Shown here piece by piece: positions 1-15,000 of a stretch of 64,000 nt of DNA. Below the pieces are notes generated by a model, which was given only the letters and a program-made list of their open reading frames with translations, made no database searches and was not told the origin of the DNA. The DNA comes from the human T2T-CHM13v2.0 reference genome, Homo sapiens. Each line of letters opens with the position of its first letter. Position 1 is the first letter of the stretch. The stretch lies in assembly GCF_009914755.1 (NCBI RefSeq), contig NC_060931.1. One strand, 5' to 3'. Position numbers and translations under genes: made by a program.

Positions 1-3000
1 ATGGAATCGAATGGAATCATCATCGAATGGAATCGAATGGAATCATCTAATATAATAGAACTGAATCATCATCGAATGGAATCTGATAGAATCATCAAAT
101 GAAATCAAATGGAATCATCATCGAATGGAATCGAATCATCAATGAACAGAATCGAATGGAATCATATAATGGAATCCAATGTAATCATCATCAAATTGAA
201 CCCAATGTAATCATTAAATTGACTCAAATGGAATCATTGAATGGACGCGAATGGAATCATCATCGAATGGAATAGAATGGAATCATCGAATGGAATCAAA
301 TGGGATCATCATCGAATGAAATCAAATGGAATCATCGAATGGACTCGAATGGAATCATCATAGAATGGAATTGAATGGAATCATCGAATGGACTCGAATG
401 GAATCATCATCAAATGGAATTGAAAGGAATCATCAAATGGACTTGAATGGAATCATTGAATGGACTCGAATGGAATCATCATCGAATGGAATCGAATGGA
501 ATCACCAAATGGACATGAATGGAATCATCATCTAATAGCATTGAATGGAATCATCGAATGGACTCGAATGGAATATCAGCAAATGGAATAGAAAGCAATC
601 ATCGAATGGACTCCAATGGAATTATCGAATGGACTCGAATGGAATCACTATCGAATGGACTCAAATGGAATGATTGAATGGTCTCGAATGGAATCATCAT
701 TTGGACTCAAATGGAATTATTGAATATCCTCGAATGGAATCATTGAATGGACTCGAATGGAATCATTATTGAATGGAATCAAATGGAATCATCAAATGGA
801 ATCGAATGGAATCATCGAATGCAATTGATCAGAATCATCATCGAATGGAATCAAATAGAATCATCAAATGGAATCAAATGCAGTCATCATCAAATGGAAT
901 CGAGTGGAATCATCATTGAATAGAATCGAATGGAATCATCGAATGGAAGCAAATGGAATCATCATCGAATGTAATCGAATGGAATCATCAAATGGAATTG
1001 AAAGGAATCAGCATCAAATGAAATCAAATGGAATCATCATAGAATAGAATCAAATGGAATCATAGAATGGAATCATCATCAAATGGAGTCCCATGGAATC
1101 ATCAAATGGACTCGAATGGAATCATCATAGAATGGAATTGAATGGAATCATCGAATGGAATCGAATGGAATCATCATCAAATGGAACCGAATGGTATGGT
1201 CGAATGCACTCTAATGGAATCATCAATGAGTGGTATCGAATGGTAACATTGAATGGAATCGAATAGAATAATCTTCAATTGGCATCGAAAGGAATCACTG
1301 AATGGATACGAATGGAATAATCATAGAAAGGAATCGAATGGAATCATCCCATGGAATCGAATGGAATCATCACTGAATGGACTAGAATGGAATCATCGAA
1401 TGGACTAGAATGGAATCATCATTGTATGGAATCAAATGGAATCATCGAATGGAATCGAATGGAATCATCATTGAATGTAATCAAATGGAATCATCATCGA
1501 ATGGAATCAAATGGAATCATCATCGAATGGAATTGAAATGAATTAACGTCAAATGGAGTGGAATGGAATCATGATTGAATGGAATCCAAAGAAATCATCA
1601 TCAAATGGAACCGAATGGAATCGTCATCGAATGGAACCAAAAGGGGTCATTATCAAATGGAATTGCATGGAATCATCATCGAATGAAATCGAATGGAATC
1701 ATCATCGAATGGAATCTTCATGAAATGGAATCTAATGGAATCATTGAATGGAATTGAATGGAATCATCATCGAATGAATTGAATGGAATCATCCATTGGT
1801 CTCGAATGGAATTATTATCAAATGGAAATGAAAGTATTCACCGAATATAATCGAATGGAATAATCATCGAATGGACTCAAATGGAATCATCATCAAATGG
1901 AATCGAAAGGAATTATTGAGTGGAATCGAGTAGAATCATCGAATGGACTCATATGGAATCATCCAATGGAATGGAATGGAATAATCAATGAACACGAGAG
2001 GAATCATCATTGAATGGAATCGAATGGAATCATCAAATGGAATCGAATTGAATCATCATCGAATGGAATCGAAAAGAATCATCATCAAATGGAATCGAAT
2101 GGAAGCATCATCGAATAGAATCCAAAGGAATCATCACCGAATGGAACCAAATGGAATCATCATCGAATGGAACCGAAAGGAGTCATCATCAAATGGATTC
2201 TGATGGAATCATCATCAAATGGAATCGAATGGAATCATCATCTAATGGAATCTATTGGAATCATCGAATGGAATCATCATCACATGAATTGAATGGAATC
2301 ACTGAATGGTCTCGAATGGAATACTCATCAAATGGAATCAAATGGAATCATTGAATGGAATAGAATGGAATAATGATCGAATGGACTTGAATGGAATCAA
2401 CATCAAAAGGAATCAAATGGAATTATCAAATGGAATCAAATAGAATCATCGAATGGACTCGAATGGAATCATCGAATCGTCTCGAATGGAATACTCATCA
2501 AATGGAATCAAATGGAATCATCGAATAGAATCGAATGGAATAATGATCGAATGGACTCGAATGGAATCAACATCAAATGGAATCAAATGTAATTATCAAA
2601 TGGAATCGAATAGAATCATCAAATGGACTCGAATGGAATCATCAAATCGTCTCGAATGGAATACTCAGCAAATGGAATCAAATGGAATCATCGAATAGAA
2701 TCGAATGGAATAATGATCGAATGGACTCGAATGGAATCAACATCAAATGGAATTGAATGGAATTATCAAATGGAATCGAATAGAATCATCGAATGGACTC
2801 GAATGGAATCATCGAATGGAATTGATTTGAATAATCTGCAGACGCGAATGGAATCATCATGGAATGGAATCGAATGGAATCATCGAATGGACTCGAATGG
2901 AATCATCATCGAAAATAATAGAATGGAATCATCATCGAATGGAATTGAACGGAATCATCATGAAATGGAATCGAATGGAATCATTGAATGGAGTAGAAAG

Positions 3001-6000
3001 GAATCATCCTCGAATGCAATCAAATGGAATCATCGAATGGATTAGAATGTAATCATCATCGAATGAAATCGAATGGAATCATTAAATTCAACCAAAAGGA
3101 ATCATTGAATGGACTCAAATGGAATCATCATCGAATGGAATCTAATGGAATCATTGAAGGTACTCGAAGGGAATAATCGAATTGGCTCAAAAGGAATCAT
3201 CATCAAGTGGAATTGAATGGAATCATCAAATGGACTAGAAAAGAATCTTTAAATGTACTCCAATGGAATCATCATTGAATGGAATCTAATGGAATCATCT
3301 AATGGACTCGCCTGGAGTCCTCATCGAATGGAATCAAAGGGAATCACCTAATGGACTCGAATGGAATCATCGAATGGCCACGAATTGAATCATCATTAAA
3401 TGGAATTGAATGGAATCATCTCATGGACTCGAATGTAATCATCAAATGGACACAAAAGGAATCATCATCGAGTGGATTCAAATGAAATCATTGAATGGAC
3501 TTGAATTCAATCATCAAATGGTCTCGAATGGAATCATCATCAAATAGAATCGAATGGAATCATCACATGGATTTGAATGGAATCATCATCGAATGGAATG
3601 GAATGGAAACATTGAATGGAATCCAATAGAATCATCATCAAATGGAATCGAAAGGAATAATCAAATGGAATAGAATGGAATCATCAAATGGACTCGAATG
3701 CAATCATCACAGAATGGAATTGAATGGGGTCAAAGAATGGACTCAAATGGAATCTTTGAATGGACTCGAATGGAATCATCGAATGGAATCCAATGGGATC
3801 ATCATCGAATGGAATCGAATGGACTCAACAATGAATGGAATCAAATGGAGTCATTGAATGAAATCCAATGGAATCATCATCAAATAGAAACGAATGGAAT
3901 CATTGAATGGATTTGAAAGGAATCATAATCGAATGGAATCTTATGGAATCATTGAATGGACACACATCGATTCATCATCGAATGAAATCGAATGTAATCA
4001 TAGAATGGAATCGAATGGAATCATCATTGAATGGAATAGAATAGAATCATCGAATGGAATCAAAAGGAATCATCAATGAATGGAATCGAATGGAATCATT
4101 TAAAGGACTCGAATGGAATCATCATCAAATGGAATCAGATGGAATCAACGAAGGGAGTATAATGGAATCATCAAATGGATTCGAATGGAATCATAATCAA
4201 ATGGAATCGAAAGGAATCATGGAATGGAGTCAAATGGAAACATCATTGCATGGAATCAAATGGAATCCTCAAATGGAATAATCGAATGGAACTGAAGGCA
4301 GTCATCCTCTAATGGAATCGAATGGAATCATCGAACGGACTAGAACGGAAACATCATCGAATGGACACGAAAGGAATCATTATCGAATGGAATAGAATGG
4401 AATCATCGAATGGACTCGAATGGAATTATCATTGAATGGAATTGAATGGAATCATCGAACGAACTCGAATGGAATCGTCATCGAATGCAATTGTAAAGAA
4501 TCATCGAATGGACTCGAATGCAATCATCGAATGGACACGAATGGAATCATCATCGAATGGAATAGAATGCAATAATCGAATGGACTCGAATGGAATTATC
4601 ATGGAATGGAATCGAATGGAATCATTGAATGAACTCGAATGGAATCATCATCGAATGGAATCGAATGGAGTCATCGAATGGGTTCGAATGGAATCATCAT
4701 CAAATGGAATCATGTGGAATCGTTGAACAAACTCGAAATGAATCATAATCGAATGGCATCAAAAGGAATCATCATCGAATGGAATCACATGTAATCATCA
4801 TCGAATGAAATCATATGGAATCATCATAGACTGGAATCGAATGGAATCATCAGATGGACTCGAATGGAATCATCAAATGGACTCAAAGGGAAGCATCGAA
4901 TTGACTCAAACTGAGTCATCAACAAATGGAATCGAATGGAATAATCGAAAGGACTCGAATCGAGCCATCAAATGGACTCTAATGGAATCATTATAGAATG
5001 GAATCGAATAGAATCATCAGATGGACTTGAATGGAATCATCATTGAATGGAACCGATTGGAATCATCGAATGAACTTGAATGGAATCATCATCGAATGGA
5101 ATTGAATGGCATTAGTGAATAGTCTCGAATGGAATCATCATCAAATAAAATCCATTGGAATCATTGGATGGAATCGAATGGAATTATAGAATGGAATTGA
5201 ATGGAATCATCTTTGAATGGAATGGAATGGAATGATCGAATGGAATCAAATGCAGTCATCATTGAATGGAATTGAATGGAATCATTGAATGGCATCGAAT
5301 TTAATCACCATTGAATGGACTCAAATGGAATCATAATTGAATAGAATCAGGAGGAATCATTGAATGGACTCGAATGGAATCATCATTGAATACAATCGAA
5401 TGGAATCATCAAATGGAATTGAATGGAATCATCATCAAATGGAATCAAATAGAATAAGAGAATGAAATCGAATGGAATCACCCTCGAATGGAATTGAATG
5501 AAATCACAGAATGATATCAAATGTAATCATCATCGAATGGAATCAAAAGGAATCATAGCGAATGGACTTGAAAAAAATCATTGAATGTACTCGAATAGAA
5601 ACATCGAATGGACATGAATGGAATCTTCATGGTATGGAGTAGAATGGAATCATCGAATGGACCCAATTGGAATCATCATCGAATGGAATAGAATGGAATC
5701 ATCTAATTTACATGAATGGAATCATCATTTAATGGAATAGAGTGGTAAGCATCATCGAATGGAATCAAATGGAATCATCTAATGGACCCGAATGGAATCA
5801 TCATTGAATGGAATAAAATGGAATCATCATCGAATGGAATGTAACGGAATCATCATCGAATGGAATCCAAAGGAATCATCAAATGGATCCGAATAGAATC
5901 ATCATAGAATACAACAGAGTGGAATCATCATTGAATGGAATGGAATGGAATCATCTAATGGACAGGAATATAATCATCATCGAATTGAAACATCTATTGT

Positions 6001-9000
6001 ACCCAAATAGAATCATCATAGAATGCAATAGAAATCAGCATCGAATGGAATCACATGGAATCACCAAATGGACTCGAATGGAATCATCATTGAATGGAAT
6101 CGAATGTAATCATCAAATGGACTCGAATGGAATCATCATTGAATGGAATCAAATGGAATCACTGAATGGACTCGAATGGAATCATCATCAAATGGAATCA
6201 AAGGGAATCATCGAATGGACTCGAATGGAATCATCATCAAATGGAATTGGATGGAATCAAAGAAGGGACTCAAAAGGAATCATCGAATGGACACAAATGG
6301 AATCATCACTGAATGGAATCGAATGGAATCATTGAATGGACTCGACTGGAATCATCATCGAATGGAATCGCATAGGATCATCATCAAATGGAATAGAATG
6401 GGATCATCATCAAAAGAAATCCAATGGAATCACTGAATGGACTCAAGGTAATGATCAAATGGACGCGAATGGAATCATCAAATGGAATCGAATGGAATCA
6501 CCAAATGGAATCGAATGGAGTTATTGAACAGACTCTAATGGAATCATCATGAGATGGAATTGAATGGAATCATTAAATGGACTCGAATGGAATCATTGAA
6601 TGGACTCGAATGAAATCATCGAATGGACTCGAATAGAATCATCATTGAATGGAATCATACGGACTCCTCGAATAGAATAAAATGGAATCATCAAATGGAA
6701 TCAAATGGTATCATCATCGAATGGAATTGAATGGAATTATCAAAAGGAATTGAAGGCAATCATCATCTAATGGAATCAAGTGGCATCATCGAATGGAATT
6801 GAAGGGAATTATCATCAAGTGGAATCGAGTGGAATCTTCGAATGGAATCGAATGGAATCATTGTCGAATGGAATCGAATAGAATCAGTGGATTGAACTAA
6901 ATGGAATCACCAATGAATGGGCACGAATAGAATCATCATCGAATGGAATCGAATGAAATCATCTAATGTACTCGAATGGAATCATCATTGAATGGAATAG
7001 AATGGAACCATCGAATGGAATCAAAGAGAATCATCATCGTATGGAATCGAGTAGAACCATTGAATGGTCTCGAATGTAACCATTGGAGAATGGAATCAAA
7101 TGGAATCGAGTGGACTAGAATGAAATCATCATCAAATGGAATCAAATGGGATCATCGAATGTAATCAAATGGAATCATAATCAAATGGAATCGAATGGAA
7201 TCACTGAATGGACTCGAATGGAATCATTATCAAATGGAATCGAATGGAATCATCTAATGGAATTGAAAGGAATCATCATTGAATGAAATCGAATGGAATC
7301 ACCAAAGGGACACGAGTGGAATCATCATTGAATAGAATCAAAAGGAATCATCGAATGGACTGGAATGGAATATTAACGAATGGAATTGAAAGCAATTATC
7401 GAATGGACTCAGATGGAATTATCAAATGGACTCAAATGAAATCATCTAATGGACTCGAATGGAATCATCATCAAATGGACTCAAATGGACTGATCGAATG
7501 GACTCAAATGGAATCATGAATTGGACTCACATGGAATTATTGAATGGGCTCGACTGGAATCATCAAATGGATTTGAATGGAATCATTACCGAATTGAATC
7601 AAATGGAATTATCAAATGGAATCGAATGGAATCATAGAATGGAATCAATCGGAGTCATCACTGAATGGAATCAAATGGAATCATTGAACTGAATCGAATG
7701 CAGTCATCAGCGAATGGAATTGAATGGAATCATCATCAAATGGAATCAAATGAATCATCAAATGGCATCAAATGGAATCATCATTGAATGGAATCTAAAG
7801 TAATAATCGTATGGACTCGAATGGAATCATCATCGAATGAAATCGAATAGAATCATTGAATAGCATCGAATGGAATCATCATCGACTGGAGTTGAATGGA
7901 GTCATCGAATCACTCTAACGGAATCGTCATGGAATGTAATCGAATGGCATCTTTGAATGGACACAAATGGAATCATCATCAAATGCAATCGAATGGAATC
8001 ACCACCGAATGGAATCATGTGGAATCATCATTGAATGGAATCCTCTTCACATGGAATCAAATTGAATCATCATCAAATTGAATCAAATGGAATCATCTTC
8101 AAATGGAATCAAAAGGAATCATCATCGAATGGAATTGAATGCAGTAATCATTGAATGGCATCGAGTGGAATCATCATTGATTGGAATCTAATGGAATCAA
8201 CGAATGAAATAGAATGGCATCATCATCGAGTGGATTTGAATGGAATCACCCAATGGAATTGAATGGCATCATCATTGAGTGCAATCCAATAGAATCATCA
8301 AATGAAATTGAATGGAATCATCATCGAATGGAATCGAGTGGAATCATCATTGAATGGAATCGAATGGAATCGTCATCTAATGGAAACGAACGGAATCGTC
8401 ATCTAATGGAATGTAGTGGAATCATCATCGAATGGAATCGAATGGAACAATGAACGACTGGAATTGAATGGAATCATTGAATGGAATGGAATGGAATCCT
8501 CAAATGGAATCGAACGGAATAATCATCAAATGGAATCAAAAGGAATCATCGTATGGAAACAAATGAAATCATCATCAAATGGAATCGAAGGGAATCACGA
8601 ATGGAAATGAATGGAATCACCACTGAATGGAATCGAATGGAATCATCATCGAATGGAATCGAATGGAATCATCGAATGGACACGAGTGGTATCATCATGG
8701 AATGGAATTGAGTGGAATCATCATCGAGTGGACTCGAGTGGAATCACCATCGAACCTAACTGAATGGAATCATCTAATGGACTCGACTGGAATCATCATC
8801 GAATGGAATCGAATGGAATCATTCAATGGACTCGAATTGAATCATCATCCAATGGACATTAAAGGAATCAACATCGAATGGACTCTAATGGAATCATCAT
8901 CGAGTGGAAATGAATGGAATCATCATTGAATGAAATCAAATGGAATCATCATCAAATGCAATCAAATGGAATAATCATCGAAAGGAATCGAATGGAATCA

Positions 9001-12000
9001 TGGTATGGAATCGAATGAACTCATCATTGAATGGAATCGAATGGAATCATCGACTGGAATTGAATGGAATCACCATTGAATGGAATCGAATGGAAAAATC
9101 ATCGAATGGAATTGAGAGAAATCATCGAATGGACTCGAATGGAAACATCATCGAACGGAATCAAATGAAATCATCAAATGGACCCTAATGGAATAATCAC
9201 CAAATGGAATAGAAGGGAATCATTGAATGGACTCGAATGGAATCATCATCAAATGGAACCAAATGAAATCATGAACAAATGTAATCAAATGGAATCATCA
9301 TCAAATGGAATCAAATGGTAACAACGAATGGAAACGAATGGAATCATCATCAAATGTCATCGAATGGAATCATCAAATGGACTCAAATGGAATCATAGAA
9401 TGCACTTTAATGGAATCATCCTCGAATGGAATCGAATATTATTGTAATTGAAAGGAATCGAATGGAATCATCGTTGAGTGGACCCAAACTTAATCAGCAT
9501 CAAACGGAATGGAAGGAAATCATTTAAAGGACTTGAATGGAATCATCATCGAATGGAATCGAATGGAATCATCTAATGGACGTGAATGGAATCATCATCA
9601 AATGGACTCTAATGGAATCAACCTCGAATGAAATCAAATGGAATAGAATGGAATCGTCGAATGGAATTGTATGGAATCATCATTCAATGGAATTGAATGG
9701 AATCAATGAATGGAAGTGAACAGACTCATCTTCAAATGGAATCGAATGGAATCATCGTATGGAATCATCATCGAATGGAATCGAATGGAATTGAATCATC
9801 ATGGAATGGAATCGAATGGAATCATCATCGAATTGACTTGAAAGGAATCCTCATTGAATGGAATTGATTGGAATCATCATTGAATGGAATCCTCTTCACA
9901 TGGAATCAAATTGAATCATCATCAAATTGAATCGAATGGAATCATCGTATGGAATTGAATGAAATCATCATCGAATGGAATAGAATGGAATCGTCGAATG
10001 GAATTGTATGGAATCACCATTGAATGGAATCGAATGGAATCATCATTGAATGGAATTTAATGGAATCATCGAATGGATTCGAATTGAATCATCATTGAAT
10101 AGAATCCCATGGAATCATTGAAAAGTGTCGAATGGAATCATCTTCGAATGGAATAGAATGGAATCATTCAATGGACACGAATGGAATCATCATTGAATGG
10201 AATCAAAAGGAATCATTGAATTGACCCGATTGGAATCACCATCAAATGGAATTGAATGGAATCGAAGGGAATCATTGAATGGACCCGATTGGAATCATCA
10301 TCGAATGGAATTGAATGGAATCATCATGGAATGGAATCGAATGGAATCATCATTGAATTGAATTGAAAGGAATCCTCATTGAATGGAATTGATTGGAATC
10401 ATCATTGAATGGAATCCTCTTCACATGGAATCAAATTGAATCATCATCAAATTGAATCAAAAGGAATCATCAACAAATGGAATTGAAAGGAATCATCATC
10501 GAATGGAATCGAATGCAGTAATCATTGAATGGCATCAAATGGCATCATCATCAAGTGGAATCAAATGGAAACATCCAATGGAATCGAATGGCATCATCAA
10601 CGAGTGGAATCCAATAGAATCATCAAATAAAATTGAATGGAATCATCATCGAATGGATTCGAATGTAATCATCATTGAATGGAATCGAATGGAACCATCA
10701 ACGACTGGAATTGAATGGAATCACTGAAAGGAATCATTGAATGGAATCGAATGGAATCATCAAATGGAATCGAACGGAATAATCATCAAATGGAATCAAA
10801 AGGAATCATCGTATGGAAACAAATGAAATCATCATCAAATGGAATCGAAGGGAAACACGAATGGAAATGAGTGGAATCACCATTGAATGGAATGGAATGG
10901 AATCATCATCAAATGGAAACAAATGGAAACATCAAATGGATTCGAGTGGTATCGTCATTGAATGGACTTGAGTGGAATAATCATCGAATGGACTCGAGTG
11001 GAATCATCATCAAATCGAACTGAATGGAATCATCGAATGTACTCGACCAGAGTCATCATAGAATGGAATCGAAGGGAATCATTGAATGGACTCGAATGGA
11101 ATCATCATCGAATGGACTGTAAGGGAGTCATCATCGAATGGATTCTAATGGAATCATCATCGAATGGATTCTAATGGAATCATCATACATTAGAATCAAA
11201 TGGAATCATCATCAAATGCAATCGAATGGAATCATCATCAAATGGAATCAAATGCAATCATCGTATGGAATCAAATGAAATCATCATTGAATGGAATCGA
11301 ATGGAATCATCGAATGGAATTCAATGGAATCACCATTGAATGGAATCAAATGGAATCATCATTGAATGAAATTGAATGGAATCATCACAAGGACTCAAAT
11401 GGAATCATGTTCGAATGGAATTGAGTGGAATCATCAAACGGACTCAAATGGAAATATCATCAAATGGAATCAAATGGAATCATGGAATGAACTCAAATGG
11501 AATCATCATCGAATGGAATCAAATGGAATCATCGAATTGACTCGAATGGAATCAACATCGAATGGAATCGAATGCAATCATCATATGGACTTGAATGAAA
11601 TCATCATCTAGTGGACTCAGATGGAATCATCATCGAATGGACTCGAATGGAATCATCATTGAATGGAATCAAATGGAATCATCATCAAATGCAATCGAAT
11701 GGAATTATCATCGAATGAAGACAAAATGACTCATCATCGAACAGAATCAAATGGAATAATCATCAAATGGGATGGAATGGAATCATCCAGTGGAATTGAA
11801 TGGAATCAACATCGAAAGGAATAAAAAAATCATCGAAAGTTATTGAATAGAATCATCATCGAATGGAATCCTCATCGAATGGAAACTAATAGAATCATCA
11901 TCAAATGGAATCGAATGGAATCATCATGGAATGGGATCTAAAGGAATCATCATCAAATGAAATTGAATGGAGTAATCATCTAATGGAATTGAATGGAATC

Positions 12001-15000
12001 ACGGAATGGACTCAAAAGTAATCATCATCTAATGGAATAGAATGGAATAAGCGAATGGACTTGAATGGAATCATCATCGAATGGAATTGAATGGAATTAT
12101 AGAATGGAATGGAATGCAATCATCGAATGGATTTGAATGGAATCATCAAAAGGAATCGAATGGAATTATCGAATGGAATCGAATGAAATCATCGAATGGA
12201 ATTGAATGAAATCATCGAATGGAATCGAATGGAATAACCATCTAATGGAATCGAATTGAATCACCATCGAATGGAATTGAATAGAATCATCCACAAATGG
12301 AATCGAATTGAATCATGGGATGAACTCGAATGGAATCATCCTTGAATGGACTCGAATGGAATCAACACTGAATGAAATCGAATGAATTCATTGAATGGAC
12401 TCAAATGGAATTATCATCGAATGGAATAGAAGGGAATCATTGAATGGAATTGAATTCAATCATCAAATGGAATCGAATGGAATCATCAAATGGACTCCAA
12501 TGGAATCCTCATCGAATAGAATCAAATGGAATCACAGAAAGGTATGGAATGCCATCATCATCAAATGAAATCAAATGGAATCATCATCGAATGCAGTCCA
12601 ATGGAATTGTCAAAGAATGGAATCGAATGGATTCATCATCGAATGCAGTCCAATGGAATCATCAAAGAATGGAATCGAATGGAATCATCAAATGGGATCG
12701 AATGGAATAATCATCAAATGGAATTGATGGGAATCATCTAAAGGAATCGAACTGAATCATCAAATGGACTCGAATGGAATCATCATCGAATGAAATCGAA
12801 TGGACACTTCCAGTGGGCTCGAATGGAATTATCATAGAATGGAATCGAAAGGAATCATTGAATGGACTCGAATAGATACATCATTGAATGAAATCGAATT
12901 TAATCATTGAAAGGAATCAAATGGAATCATCATCTAATGGAATCATCTAAAGGACAGGAATAGAATAATCTTTGAAAGGAATCGAATGGAATCATTGAAT
13001 GGACTTGAATAGAAACATCATCGAATGGAATCGAATGGAATCATCAAATGGAATTGAATGGAATCTTCAAAAGTCCCTGAATGGAATCATCATCCAATGG
13101 AATCGAATGGAATCATTGAATGGACTCGAATGGAATCATGATCAAATGGAATCAAATGGAATCATCTAATGGAATCGAATGGAATCATAATTAAATGAAA
13201 ACGAATGGAGTCATTGAATGACATCGAATGGAATCATCATCGAATGGAATCGAATGGAATCATCCAATAGACTCAAATGGAATCATCAGTGAATGGAATT
13301 ATGGAATGGGCTCAAATGGAATCATCATCAAATGGAATCGAATAGAATCATCGAATGGAATCAAATAGGATCATCTAATGAAATTGAATGGAATCATCTT
13401 CGAATGGAATCAAGTGGAATCATCATCAAATGGAATCATCATCGAATGGAATCGAATGGGATCATCATCGAATGGTATTGAATGGAATCATCAACAAATG
13501 GAATCGAATGGAATCATCGAATGGAATCAAATGGAATCATCAACAAATGGAACCGAATGGAATCATCATCAAATGGAACCTAATAGAGTCATCATCGAAT
13601 GGAATCGAAAGGAATCATCATCGAATGGAATCAGCATCAAATGTACACTAATGGAATCATCATTGAATGGAATTGATAGGAATCTTCGAATGGTCTCGAA
13701 TGGAATCAACATTGAATGGAATCGAATGGAATAATCAAATAGAAACATCATCGAATGAAATCGAATGGAATCATTGAAAGGAATCGAATGGAATCCTCAT
13801 CAAATAGAATCATCGAATGGAATGGAATGGAATCATCATTGAAAGTAATCGAATGGAATCATGGAATGAAATCGAGTGGAATCATCATCGAATGGAATCG
13901 AATTGAATCATCAAATGAAATCAAAAGGAATCAACATCGAATGGAATCGAATAGAATCATCAAATGGAATCAAATGGAATCATCACCGAATGGTATCGAA
14001 TGGAATCATAGAATGGTTTTGAATGCAATCATCATCAAATGGAATCGAATGGAATCACCATCGAATGGCATCAAAAGCAATCATCGAATGGATTTGAATA
14101 GAATCATTGAATGGACACGAATTTAATCATCATTGAATGGAATCTGATCAAATCAACACATGGAATCGAATGGCATCATAATCGAAATGAATCAAATGGA
14201 ATCATCTAATGGACTGGAATGAAACCCTCATCTAATGGAATCGAATGGAATCATCGAATGGACTCGAATGGAATCATCATCGAATAGAATCAAATGGAAT
14301 CATCCTCGAATGGACTCGAATGGAAGCATTAAATGGACACGAATGGAATCATTGAATGGAATCTTATGCAATCATTATCAGTGGAATCGAATGGAATAAT
14401 CACCAAATGGAATGGAATAGAATCATCTAATGAAATCAAATGGAATTATCATCAAGTGGAATCGAATGGAATCATCATCGAATGGAATCATCATCGAATG
14501 GAATCAAATGAAATCATCATCGAATGGAATCATCAACGAATGGAATAGAATGGAATCATCGAATGGAATGGAATGGAGTCTTCATCCAATGGAACCGAAT
14601 GGAATCATCATCAAATGAAACCTAATGGAATCATCATCGAATGGAATCACATGGAATCATCATCTAATGGAATCGATTGGAATCATCATCGAATAGAATC
14701 GAATGGAATCATCATCTAATGGACTCGAATTGATTCATCAAATGGACACGAATGGAATCATTGAGTGGACTCCCATTCAATCATCATCAATGGAATCAAA
14801 TTGAATCATCGAATGAAATTGAAAGGAATCATCATCGAATGGAATCGAATAGCATGGGATAATTCTATTCGATTGGAATGGACGATCGGAAGGAAACGAA
14901 TGGAATCATCATAGAATGGACTCGAATGGAATCATTGTATGGAGTCGAATGGAATCATCATCGAATGGAATCGAATGGAATCACTGAATGGACTCAAATG

